Below are positions 17,144-24,342 of a DNA stretch of 32,756 bases, in pieces. This stretch comes from Spirochaetaceae bacterium. GTDB lineage: Bacteria; Spirochaetota; Spirochaetia; DSM-27196; SLST01. Position 1 is the stretch's first letter, and each line of letters begins with the position of its first letter. The position numbers were made by a program, and so were the translations under genes. Location of the stretch: positions 1 through 32,756 of the forward strand of contig SKVA01000418.1 in NCBI GenBank assembly GCA_007129695.1, written 5' to 3'. The notes beneath the pieces are model-generated. The model worked only from the letters and a program-made list of their open reading frames with translations, had not been told where the DNA came from and ran no database searches.

Positions 17144-17169
17144 GAGACGGCCGGGCTTCCGGCCGTCTC
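17144..17169 (-). promoter_or_regulatory. Intercistronic stem-loop with a perfect 11-bp GC-rich stem and 4-nt loop, between the lipoprotein gene and the ATPase gene.
   Basis: Plus strand gagacggccgg-gctt-ccggccgtctc. Every position 17144-17154 pairs with 17169-17159. There is no U-tract after it on the transcribed strand (..gccuugauc). Confidence 0.6.
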
Positions 17170-17177
17170 ATTGTCGA

Positions 17178-18206
17178 TCAGTTTCCGTAGCCGTAGTCGG
17201 CGAAGGTGGCGCGGTTGAACGGTACGCGTACGCTGCCGGCGATTATCTGCTGTTCGAGCTCGCGGACCTCCGCGAGCAGTGCCGTCGGAACGTGTTTGTC
17301 CGACGACGGAGCGATTCCGACGGCACCGTCGACCAGGCCCAAGACCTTGGTGGTGCCGCCCGGCCACTCGCCGTCGACAAGGCCTTCAGCGACGTTGAAA
17401 ATGGCCATGTCAACACGCTTCATCGCCGAAGTAAGCACGTGCTCGGGCGCCAGGTAGTTCTGGTCGCGGTCAACGCCGATCGCCCATCGGCCCTGTTCCT
17501 TCGCCGCTTCAATAACCCCGTCTCCGACGCTACCGGCCGCCGCGAACACGATGTCCGCTCCCTCCAGGAACATCTGCGACGCGATGCTCTTTCCGCGGGC
17601 CGCGTCGGTGAAGCTGTCGGCGTACTGGCGAAGTACGCGCGCGCTCGGATTCGCGTACGCAACGCCCGCGTGGAACCCGTAATCGAACTGGTCGATCACG
17701 TCACCCGAGATTCCTCCGACGAATCCAACGATACCGCTTTCGGTCATCTTTCCTGCGATATAGCCGACGAGAAACGACGGCTGTTCGGCCTGGAACACGA
17801 CGCCGAGGAGGTTGTTCGGCGTGTCTTGCCACGCAAAGTCGATGATCGCGTACTTCTGAGATGGATTGGAGACGGCAGCGGTGCGTATCGCATCGGCCAT
17901 CAGGAATCCGATGCCCCAGATAAGCTCGTTACCCGCGTCGTACATCGTCTCCAGGTTCGGACCGTAGTCGGATCCCTGGCCCGATTCGGCGTACGAAATG
18001 CGGACCCCAAGCTGGTCGCGCGACATCTGCATGCCTTCCCAGGCGGACTGGTTGAACGACTGATCATTCACCCCGCCGACGTCGGTGACCATCGCGATCG
18101 CGATCGGTTGGGATCCATCGGCCTGACCAGCATCGTCGGACCGCTGACAGCCGGCAATCGTGATTATCGCGACCAACACGATGGCGACAACAGAGATATT
18201 CCTCAT
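17178..18206 (-). CDS. BMP-family (PnrA/Med/TmpC-like) substrate-binding lipoprotein of the ABC importer, 342 aa.
   Basis: MRNISVVAIVLVAIITIAGC carries a lipobox (IAGC). IAMVTDVGGVNDQSFNQSAWEGM is the BMP hallmark. ATG 18206 has AAGGAG 5 nt upstream. The ORF-track start at 18272 adds 22 unlikely codons. Confidence 0.9.
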   Translation of the reverse strand: MRNISVVAIVLVAIITIAGCQRSDDAGQADGSQPIAIAMVTDVGGVNDQSFNQSAWEGMQMSRDQLGVRISYAESGQGSDYGPNLETMYDAGNELIWGIGFLMADAIRTAAVSNPSQKYAIIDFAWQDTPNNLLGVVFQAEQPSFLVGYIAGKMTESGIVGFVGGISGDVIDQFDYGFHAGVAYANPSARVLRQYADSFTDAARGKSIASQMFLEGADIVFAAAGSVGDGVIEAAKEQGRWAIGVDRDQNYLAPEHVLTSAMKRVDMAIFNVAEGLVDGEWPGGTTKVLGLVDGAVGIAPSSDKHVPTALLAEVRELEQQIIAGSVRVPFNRATFADYGYGN

Positions 18207-18219
18207 AGTGACTCCTTTC

Positions 18220-18237
18220 GCCGCGGCGCAGCGCGGC
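18220..18237 (-). promoter_or_regulatory. 5'-leader hairpin (6-bp GC stem, 6-nt loop) just upstream of the SD of the BMP gene.
   Basis: Minus strand: GCCGCG-cugcgc-CGCGGC, then gaAAGGAGtcactATG. The hairpin starts about 7 nt after the -10 candidate, at the predicted 5' end of the transcript. Confidence 0.4.
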
Positions 18238-18243
18238 TTCCCT

Positions 18244-18272
18244 ACCGTACTCCCGCCATCACCGGTTGTCAA
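18244..18272 (-). promoter_or_regulatory. Sigma70-like promoter TTGACA-17-TACGGT for the ABC/yhhQ operon.
   Basis: Minus strand: atatTTGACAaccggtgatggcgggagTACGGTagggaa. It lies in the 84-nt gap between the TK1-like gene and the BMP gene. Confidence 0.4.
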
Positions 18273-18290
18273 TATCGCCGCGGCTGCGTA

Positions 18291-19421
18291 CTATCTCGGC
18301 GCTTCATCGACACCCGCGCGCCGGTTGTCGGCGAGTCTGCGGTTCATGTACGCGCGATCAAGGTCCAGGCGGCGCGACAGTCGCGCGACTTCGTCGGAGC
18401 TCACCAGGTTCAGTTCGACGAACAGGTAGAGCAGCGCGCGCTCGGCGATGCAATCGACGTGGAGCGCGTTGCGGTTCACATCGGCTTCATCCGCGTAGCG
18501 CGACCGCAGGTCCCGCGCGAGCTCTGAGTCGTCGCTTCGCGCGTTTATGAGCCGCAGTTCGCGCTCGAGCGCGCGGGAATCTCCGCGCGCGGCCTGCTCG
18601 CCGAGCGGTTTGAGCACCAGATACGCGTACTCCTTGCCCGGCAGGTAGTGGTGCGCGTCGCAGCGAGTGCAGTAGTTCGGCTCCTGTGCGTCTTCCCTCT
18701 CGGCATCGCCGCCTATGATGATCAGCGGGTCGAAGTAGAGCGCGGGGCACTCGCGACCGCCGACGGTGTAGTAGCGGTACGTGTAGAACGAGTCGCGAAT
18801 GCAGCGGTCGTGCTCGCAGTACGCGGTGAGCGGGAAGACGTCGGTGCAGACGTCGAGCAACAGGCGCGCGGTTGGGTTGAACAACTCTCTTCTGAAGTTC
18901 AGTAACAACGTCGGAAAGACGAACACCAGTCCTCGACTCTGGCTCTCGCGTTCTACGACGTAGGCGAGCCGTTCGTCGTAGAACGTAGCTTCGTCGATGA
19001 TCCAGGTTCCGTGGCTGGGGTTCGCTTCGATCAGCCGTTCGAGCTCAAAACTGCTGGTGATCCGCGCGATGTTTGGCCCACACCGCTCGTAACCGCCGCG
19101 AAACGGAAGCGCGTCGTCGGGATAGTCGGAGAACTTCCGGTCGTCGATCTGCAGTCGAACCACGAAGACGTTCCTGCGGTCTGCGCCTGCGCGTGTTGTT
19201 TCACGCGACAGCGCGCCGGACTTGCGGAGCACCACGCGCGAGTCGCGCCATACCCGCGTCGAATACTCGGTCTTGCCCGACCCCATCGGACCGATCACCA
19301 GGATGCGACGCCCTGCCCGCGTGAAGTCGAAGTGGTTGAACGGATGGTGGATCCGAAACTCGGGGAACCCGAGGCTCTTGAGAAACGGGACCGCGTCCGC
19401 GGGTCTGCTGCTGTCGCTCAT
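18291..19421 (-). CDS. Divergent thymidine-kinase (TK1)-superfamily P-loop protein with N-terminal (~35 aa) and C-terminal (~110 aa) extensions.
   Basis: P-loop VIGPMGSGKTE. TK1-like IIDEATFYDE matches the DEAQFF block. LLLNFRRELFNP matches the GLDxDFxxxPF block. Cys motifs are YCEHDRC and YCTRCDAHH, separated by IIIGGDAE (lasso/zinc region). ATG 19421 is the only usable start upstream of the P-loop. Confidence 0.7.
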   Translation of the reverse strand: MSDSSRPADAVPFLKSLGFPEFRIHHPFNHFDFTRAGRRILVIGPMGSGKTEYSTRVWRDSRVVLRKSGALSRETTRAGADRRNVFVVRLQIDDRKFSDYPDDALPFRGGYERCGPNIARITSSFELERLIEANPSHGTWIIDEATFYDERLAYVVERESQSRGLVFVFPTLLLNFRRELFNPTARLLLDVCTDVFPLTAYCEHDRCIRDSFYTYRYYTVGGRECPALYFDPLIIIGGDAEREDAQEPNYCTRCDAHHYLPGKEYAYLVLKPLGEQAARGDSRALERELRLINARSDDSELARDLRSRYADEADVNRNALHVDCIAERALLYLFVELNLVSSDEVARLSRRLDLDRAYMNRRLADNRRAGVDEAPR

Positions 19422-19433
19422 CGGAACGCCAGC

Positions 19434-19463
19434 TTGACACGAACCCCGCTGAACGACAAGGCT
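19434..19463 (+). promoter_or_regulatory. Possible promoter TTGACA-18-AAGGCT, ending 5 nt before ATG 19469.
   Basis: The -35 is a perfect match. The -10 retains only A2 and T6. The AAGG could instead be a weak SD, so this is ambiguous. Confidence 0.25.
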
Positions 19464-19468
19464 GTTGT

Positions 19469-21646
19469 ATGCCCAAGACGATCATAGTATCAAACCGGAT
19501 GTCAACGTCGGTGTCGCGCAGCGCCGATGGATTCGTCTATACGCCGAGCGTCGGCGGGCTTGCAACCGGGCTGTCGCCGCTTCACGAGAGCGAAGACAGC
19601 ATCTGGATCGGGTGGAGCGGACTGCCCTCGGACAGCATGACCGTCGACGAACGACGGACAGTCGCCGAGCACCTGCGAATCGAGCACAAGTGCGTGACCG
19701 TCGACATAACCGCCGATCAGCTAGAACGATTCTACTACGGGTTCTGTAACAACGTGGTCTGGCCGCTATTCCACTACTTCCCGACGTATCCCACCTACGA
19801 CCCCGATCTCTGGGGTGCGTACGTGGACGTGAATGCGGCGTTCTTCGACCGGGTCCGCCGCCACATCGAACCCGGTGACGTCGTCTGGGTGCACGATTAT
19901 CAGTTGATGCTCCTGCCCGCGTTGATCAAGGAGCACGAGCCCGACAGCAGAGTCGGCTTCTTTCTACATATCCCGTTTCCGTCGTACGAGCTGTTTCGGC
20001 TACTGCCGTGGCGGGCCGAGGTCCTGCGCGGGCTGCTCGGCGCCGATCTGGTTGGTTTTCACACCTTCGACTACGTCCGTCACTTCCTGTCGAGCGTCCG
20101 GCGGCTGCTCGGGTACGATCACGATATGGCGTACATCCGGTACGAGAACCGGATGGTCCGGGCCGACGTCTTCCCGATGGGGATCGACTACGATCGATAC
20201 GCTTCTGCCGCGAAGAGCGACGCGGTCCGGCGGAAGATCGATGAGGTGCACGCCGACCGACGAGTCGACAGGCTGATTCTGTCGGTCGATCGGCTCGACT
20301 ACACGAAGGGAATCCCGCAGCGGCTGCGCGCGTTCGAACGGTACCTGGAGAAGTTCTCGCCGCCGGTGGGCAGCGTCGCGCTGGTGATCATCGTGTCGCC
20401 GTCGCGGACCGCCGTGGTGCAGTATCAGGAACTCAAGCGCGAGGTAGACGAACTGGTGAGCCGGATCAACGGGCGGTTCTCCACGATCGCGTGGACCCCG
20501 GTGCAGTACTTCTACCGCACCTTTTCCTTCGAAGACCTGTCGGCGCTCTATGCAGAGGCCGACGTGCTGCTGGTCACGGCGCTGCGCGACGGGATGAACC
20601 TGATCGCGAAGGAGTACGTTGCGGCGCGCGACGGTAGGACCGGCGTACTGGTTCTCAGCGAGACCGCCGGTGTCGCCCGGGAGCTCAGCGAAGCGATCAT
20701 CGTGAATCCGAGCAGCGTCGAAGAGATCGCAGACGGATTGCATCGGGCTATCGAGATGCCGGTTGACGAACAGCTGAGCAGAAACCGACGGATGCAAGAT
20801 AGGCTCAAGCGGTACGACATCCACTACTGGGCGAACGACTTCATGACGAAGCTCGACGCGACGATCGAGCACCAACAGTCCTTTCTGGGCAAACGCCTGT
20901 CGGGCTCGGTCCGCCGGCGGTTCAGAGAGACGTATCAGGCGGCGCAGAAGCGGCTCCTGTTGCTCGACTACGACGGCACGCTCCTGGACTACATGGATCG
21001 TGCCGACGCTGCCCTACCCGATGCGGACCTGCGATCGCTGATCCGGTCGCTCGCCGACGATTCGCGCAACGACGTCGTGCTTGTCAGCAGCCGCGGACGC
21101 GACTTCATGAGCGAACACCTGGAGGATCTGCCGATCGGTCTGATAGCGAGTCATGGTGCGTCCATACGCGTCGACGGGAAGTGGGAGCAGATCGTCCCGG
21201 TGGACGATCAGTGGAAAGGACACCTGGCTCCGATCATGCAGCTTTACGCCGATCGCACGCCGGGAAGCAGGTATGAGGAGAAGGAACTCAGCCTTGCCTG
21301 GCACTACCGCGGCAGCGATCCCGATCTGGCCGCGGTGCGCGTCGCGGAGCTCAAGGACGCGCTGATCAGCATGATCGCCAACCACAATCTCACCGTCTTT
21401 GACGGCAATCGGGTGCTCGAGGTCAAGAGCAGCCTGGTCGGGAAGGCACAGGCAGCCGCGCACTGGTACGCGCACGACGAGTACGATTTCATCCTCGCCG
21501 TCGGCGATGATCCGACCGATGAGGAGCTGTTCGCCGCGGCACCCGAGTCGGCGTGGTCGGTACGCGTTGGTCTTGGTCCGACGAACGCGCACTACTTCAT
21601 AGAGAGCCCTGCGCAGCTACGGACGATGCTCGAAGAACTCGCGTAG
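19469..21646 (+). CDS. otsAB: Bifunctional trehalose-6-phosphate synthase / trehalose-6-phosphate phosphatase (OtsA-OtsB fusion), 725 aa.
   Basis: GT20 blocks IVSNR...GGLATGL, WVHDYQLMLLP, LSVDRLDYTKGI and DGMNLIAKEY. The C-terminal HAD phosphatase carries LLLLDYDGTL. Confidence 0.95.
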   Translation: MPKTIIVSNRMSTSVSRSADGFVYTPSVGGLATGLSPLHESEDSIWIGWSGLPSDSMTVDERRTVAEHLRIEHKCVTVDITADQLERFYYGFCNNVVWPLFHYFPTYPTYDPDLWGAYVDVNAAFFDRVRRHIEPGDVVWVHDYQLMLLPALIKEHEPDSRVGFFLHIPFPSYELFRLLPWRAEVLRGLLGADLVGFHTFDYVRHFLSSVRRLLGYDHDMAYIRYENRMVRADVFPMGIDYDRYASAAKSDAVRRKIDEVHADRRVDRLILSVDRLDYTKGIPQRLRAFERYLEKFSPPVGSVALVIIVSPSRTAVVQYQELKREVDELVSRINGRFSTIAWTPVQYFYRTFSFEDLSALYAEADVLLVTALRDGMNLIAKEYVAARDGRTGVLVLSETAGVARELSEAIIVNPSSVEEIADGLHRAIEMPVDEQLSRNRRMQDRLKRYDIHYWANDFMTKLDATIEHQQSFLGKRLSGSVRRRFRETYQAAQKRLLLLDYDGTLLDYMDRADAALPDADLRSLIRSLADDSRNDVVLVSSRGRDFMSEHLEDLPIGLIASHGASIRVDGKWEQIVPVDDQWKGHLAPIMQLYADRTPGSRYEEKELSLAWHYRGSDPDLAAVRVAELKDALISMIANHNLTVFDGNRVLEVKSSLVGKAQAAAHWYAHDEYDFILAVGDDPTDEELFAAAPESAWSVRVGLGPTNAHYFIESPAQLRTMLEELA

Positions 21647-21652
21647 GCGGCG

Positions 21653-22366
21653 CTATCGCTCGCGATCGACCGTATTCGTGAGCGTGCCGATGGACTCGAC
21701 CGTCACGTCGATCGTATCACCGACCGCGAGCGGTCCTACACCCGACGGCGTTCCGGTGAGAATGAGGTCACCTGGCTCGAGCGTGAAGTTCCTGCTGATG
21801 TAGCTGATCATCGCGGCGACCGTGAAGATCATCTCACTCGTCGATGACTCCTGGACGATCGATCCGTTGAGCGCCGCGCGGATGCGCAGGTTCTGGACGT
21901 CGGAGATCTGCGCGACGGGAACGACCGCCGGCCCTACGGGTAGAAACGTGTCGAAGCTCTTGCCGCGAAACCAGCCCGAGCGGTCGCCGTTCTGAATGTT
22001 GCGCTGGCTGACGTCGTTGGCGCACGTGTAGCCGAACACAACCGACAGCGCGTCCGACTCATCGACGTTGCGGCACCGCTCGCCGATTATCACCGCGAGT
22101 TCGGCCTCGTAGTCGGTTCGCACCGAGTCAAACCCGTAGGACTCCGCGATCTTCGGCAGCCTGATCGTATCACCGGGGCCGATCAGGCAGCTCGGCAGCT
22201 TCGGGAACAGCACGGGCTCCGTGGGTTGATCGTGACCGAAGCCCTGGACCCTGACGCTTGCGCTCTCCGCGATGTGGTCGCGATAGTTGAGCCCGAGACA
22301 GATGATCTTGGACGGCGCGACCGTGTAGCGCGCGTCGGTCCCGAGAATCGGTAGCTCGACCGCCAT
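21653..22366 (-). CDS. Fumarylacetoacetate hydrolase (FAH) family protein, 237 aa.
   Basis: KIICLGLNYRDH...YEAELAVIIGE...GDLILTGTPSGVG is the typical FAH-fold signature. Confidence 0.9.
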   Translation of the reverse strand: MAVELPILGTDARYTVAPSKIICLGLNYRDHIAESASVRVQGFGHDQPTEPVLFPKLPSCLIGPGDTIRLPKIAESYGFDSVRTDYEAELAVIIGERCRNVDESDALSVVFGYTCANDVSQRNIQNGDRSGWFRGKSFDTFLPVGPAVVPVAQISDVQNLRIRAALNGSIVQESSTSEMIFTVAAMISYISRNFTLEPGDLILTGTPSGVGPLAVGDTIDVTVESIGTLTNTVDRER

Positions 22367-22369
22367 CGG

Positions 22370-22726
22370 TCAGGCGTTGTCGCAGTCGGAGATACCCGCG
22401 TACGCGAACAGCTCACACTGGATCCAGATGAAGTTTTCGTTCTCGGTCGGGACGAGAAACCGGGCACTCTCGGCTTCATCACCATCCTTGGTGAACACGG
22501 TCACCTTCTCGACCGCGAGCACCGGGTACCGCTTGGCCGGATCGAAGAGCTTCGCCATGCCGATGTACGCGTTCGACATGTGCGGAAAGAAATCCTGAAA
22601 CGCCTTTTTGAGGTCCTTCTTGACCGTCACGTAGAAGACACACGATTGCATGATTCCACCCCGCTGTTGTGTTACATCGATCTGTTCGCTGACGTACTCG
22701 TCGGACTCTCTCTCACGGTCGTCCAT
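22370..22726 (-). CDS. Small hypothetical protein (118 aa), 3 nt upstream of the FAH gene.
   Basis: ORF with normal, non-Arg-rich composition. AAGGGGGA lies 9 nt upstream of ATG 22726, with a promoter-like element further upstream. I recognise no family. Confidence 0.55.
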   Translation of the reverse strand: MDDRERESDEYVSEQIDVTQQRGGIMQSCVFYVTVKKDLKKAFQDFFPHMSNAYIGMAKLFDPAKRYPVLAVEKVTVFTKDGDEAESARFLVPTENENFIWIQCELFAYAGISDCDNA

Positions 22727-22747
22727 TCTCGCAGATCCCCCTTCTGG

Positions 22748-22776
22748 ATCGTATCACAAACCCTCTCGCGTTCCAA
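22748..22776 (-). promoter_or_regulatory. Promoter-like TTGGAA-17-TACGAT upstream of the small ORF/FAH pair (leadered, SD present).
   Basis: Minus strand: aaTTGGAAcgcgagagggtttgtgaTACGATccagAAGGGGGAtctgcgagaATG. Confidence 0.35.
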
Positions 22777-22791
22777 TTCCCCAGGACGAAC

Positions 22792-23628
22792 TCACGGGAC
22801 GATATGAAACGCGGTCATCGCAGCAGCAAACCACACGACAAGCGTCAGCGCGAACCACCAGCCGGGTCGGTGGTTCTCCTGCGTCTGCGGTACGACGCGT
22901 CCGACCATCAGCGTCAGGATCGAGCCCGCGGCTATCGCGTGTCCGGCAGGGACGGTCCCCGGAGCGATCGAACCCAGTAGGGCGCCGATCAGCGCTATCG
23001 CCGGCTGGATCGAGCCAGCTACTATCGTGTACCAGAACGCGCGACTCGATCGCACGCCGTACTCGCGAAGAGGTGCGGCGATGCAGTAGCTGGACATCGC
23101 GTTTCTCAGCGCGACCGCGCCCAGTACAGCGAAGACGGTCATACCGGCGTCCGGGTGCGCGGAGGCGTGTGCGCTCGCGATCAGCAGGCCCAGAGTCAGA
23201 CCGATCGGAGCGTTATGGATTGCCTCTGTCACTACGATGAGTGTGCTCTTCTTTAGCGGAGCCGGCGCGCCGGTCGGACGAGACCCCCTCCCCGACCTGG
23301 GATCGACATACCAGGAGAAGACGCCCGCTATGCAGGTGGCCCCCAGGACAAACCAGAGCGCAAACGCGACTGCCGCTTTCGCATCGACGCTGTCACCGGC
23401 CACAGCACCCGACACGAGCTGCGCGCGCAAAACGATCGCGATGAGGATTCCGGCGGCGCAACTGCGTGCGAACGGTATCACAGCGGCGTGCGAACCGGCT
23501 CTGCCGAACGCCGTCGCTGCACCCGCGGAACCGGCAAGAAACGCGCCAAGAAGAGCGATAACCAGCGAAAGCAGCACTCCGTGCACGGCGATGTCCATCG
23601 TATTGGCCCGCGTAGACTCTACAGCCAA
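22792..23628 (-). CDS. ZIP (ZupT-like) family membrane protein with degenerate metal-binding motifs.
   Basis: Colinear with my recollection of E. coli ZupT around TM4/TM5. VTEAIHNAPIGLTLG aligns with ISLHNFPEGIA. AVALRNAMSSYCIA aligns with VALHNIPEGLAV. The start is either TTG 23628 (AGGA upstream) or ATG 23598. Confidence 0.7.
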   Translation of the reverse strand: MAVESTRANTMDIAVHGVLLSLVIALLGAFLAGSAGAATAFGRAGSHAAVIPFARSCAAGILIAIVLRAQLVSGAVAGDSVDAKAAVAFALWFVLGATCIAGVFSWYVDPRSGRGSRPTGAPAPLKKSTLIVVTEAIHNAPIGLTLGLLIASAHASAHPDAGMTVFAVLGAVALRNAMSSYCIAAPLREYGVRSSRAFWYTIVAGSIQPAIALIGALLGSIAPGTVPAGHAIAAGSILTLMVGRVVPQTQENHRPGWWFALTLVVWFAAAMTAFHIVP

Positions 23629-23658
23629 TTGCCCATCCTGCCAATCGCTCTCTATACT
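23629..23658 (+). promoter_or_regulatory. Sigma70-like promoter TTGCCC-18-TATACT, ending 6 nt before GTG 23665 (candidate leaderless).
   Basis: Plus strand: aaTTGCCCatcctgccaatcgctctcTATACTcgcgatGTG. There is no SD. Confidence 0.4.
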
Positions 23659-23664
23659 CGCGAT

Positions 23665-24327
23665 GTGGAACCATCGCTCGACACGATTTACCGCGATCGA
23701 TGGCTGATCGCAGTGAACAAGCCGGCCGGTCTGCCGGCACAGCCCGACAGATCGGGAGACCCGAGTGCGCTGTCGCTGGTCTGCGACTCAACGACCAGCA
23801 CGGTTCATCCGGTGCACCGGATCGATCGGCCGGTGAGTGGGATCCTGGTATTCGCGCTTGACGCGCGCACGGCGGGCGCGTTCGGCAGACTCCTTGCCGA
23901 CGGTAGTGCCGAGCGGACCTACCTGGCGCTCGTCAGCGGACCGGTCGAGCCCCCATCGGGGGTCCTGTGCGACGGTATCGAGCACGATCGCCGGACGAAC
24001 CGAAGCAGAATCTCGCCCGCCGGCGAACGCGCCGAACTCGATTATCGGGTTGTTGCCGACGGCGACAGGAACACGCTGCTACGCGTCAGTCTGCGCACCG
24101 GCCGCCACCACCAGATACGGGCACAGCTTGCGAACCGGGGATGGCACATCCGCGGCGATCTGAAGTACGGTGCGCGCCGGTCGCAACCGGGCGGCGGCAT
24201 CGGTCTGCACGCGTACCGCATCGCGTTCGATCACCCGTGGACGCACGCCCGAATCGAAGTGGTCGCAGATGCTCCGGACGCTCCGGTCTGGCGGTCTCTG
24301 TGCGCTATCGCCGGTCCGATCGCGTGA
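23665..24327 (+). CDS. RluA-family pseudouridine synthase (220 aa, no S4 domain).
   Basis: WLIAVNKPAGLPAQP, catalytic HRIDRPVSGILVFA, and RTGRHHQIRAQLA. I place the start at GTG 23665. The ORF-track start at 23488 overlaps the divergent ZIP gene and adds Arg-rich sequence. Confidence 0.85.
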   Translation: MEPSLDTIYRDRWLIAVNKPAGLPAQPDRSGDPSALSLVCDSTTSTVHPVHRIDRPVSGILVFALDARTAGAFGRLLADGSAERTYLALVSGPVEPPSGVLCDGIEHDRRTNRSRISPAGERAELDYRVVADGDRNTLLRVSLRTGRHHQIRAQLANRGWHIRGDLKYGARRSQPGGGIGLHAYRIAFDHPWTHARIEVVADAPDAPVWRSLCAIAGPIA

Positions 24328-24342
24328 CCGGGTCAGGGCAAC

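Noticed and set aside
15554-18527. ORFs 15554-16273 (+), 16284-16949 (+), 16511-17218 (+) and 17049-18527 (+, 492 aa).
   Set aside because: They are antisense to the unmistakable ABC ATPase and BMP lipoprotein genes, so I treat them as shadow ORFs.
20000-21592. Minus-strand ORFs 20000-20875 (291 aa) and 21014-21592 (192 aa).
   Set aside because: They are antisense to the otsAB fusion, which has strong family motifs.
23663-23707. ATG 23663 as the start of the pseudouridine synthase.
   Set aside because: It is in a different frame and terminates after 14 codons. The RluA motifs are in the GTG 23665 frame.
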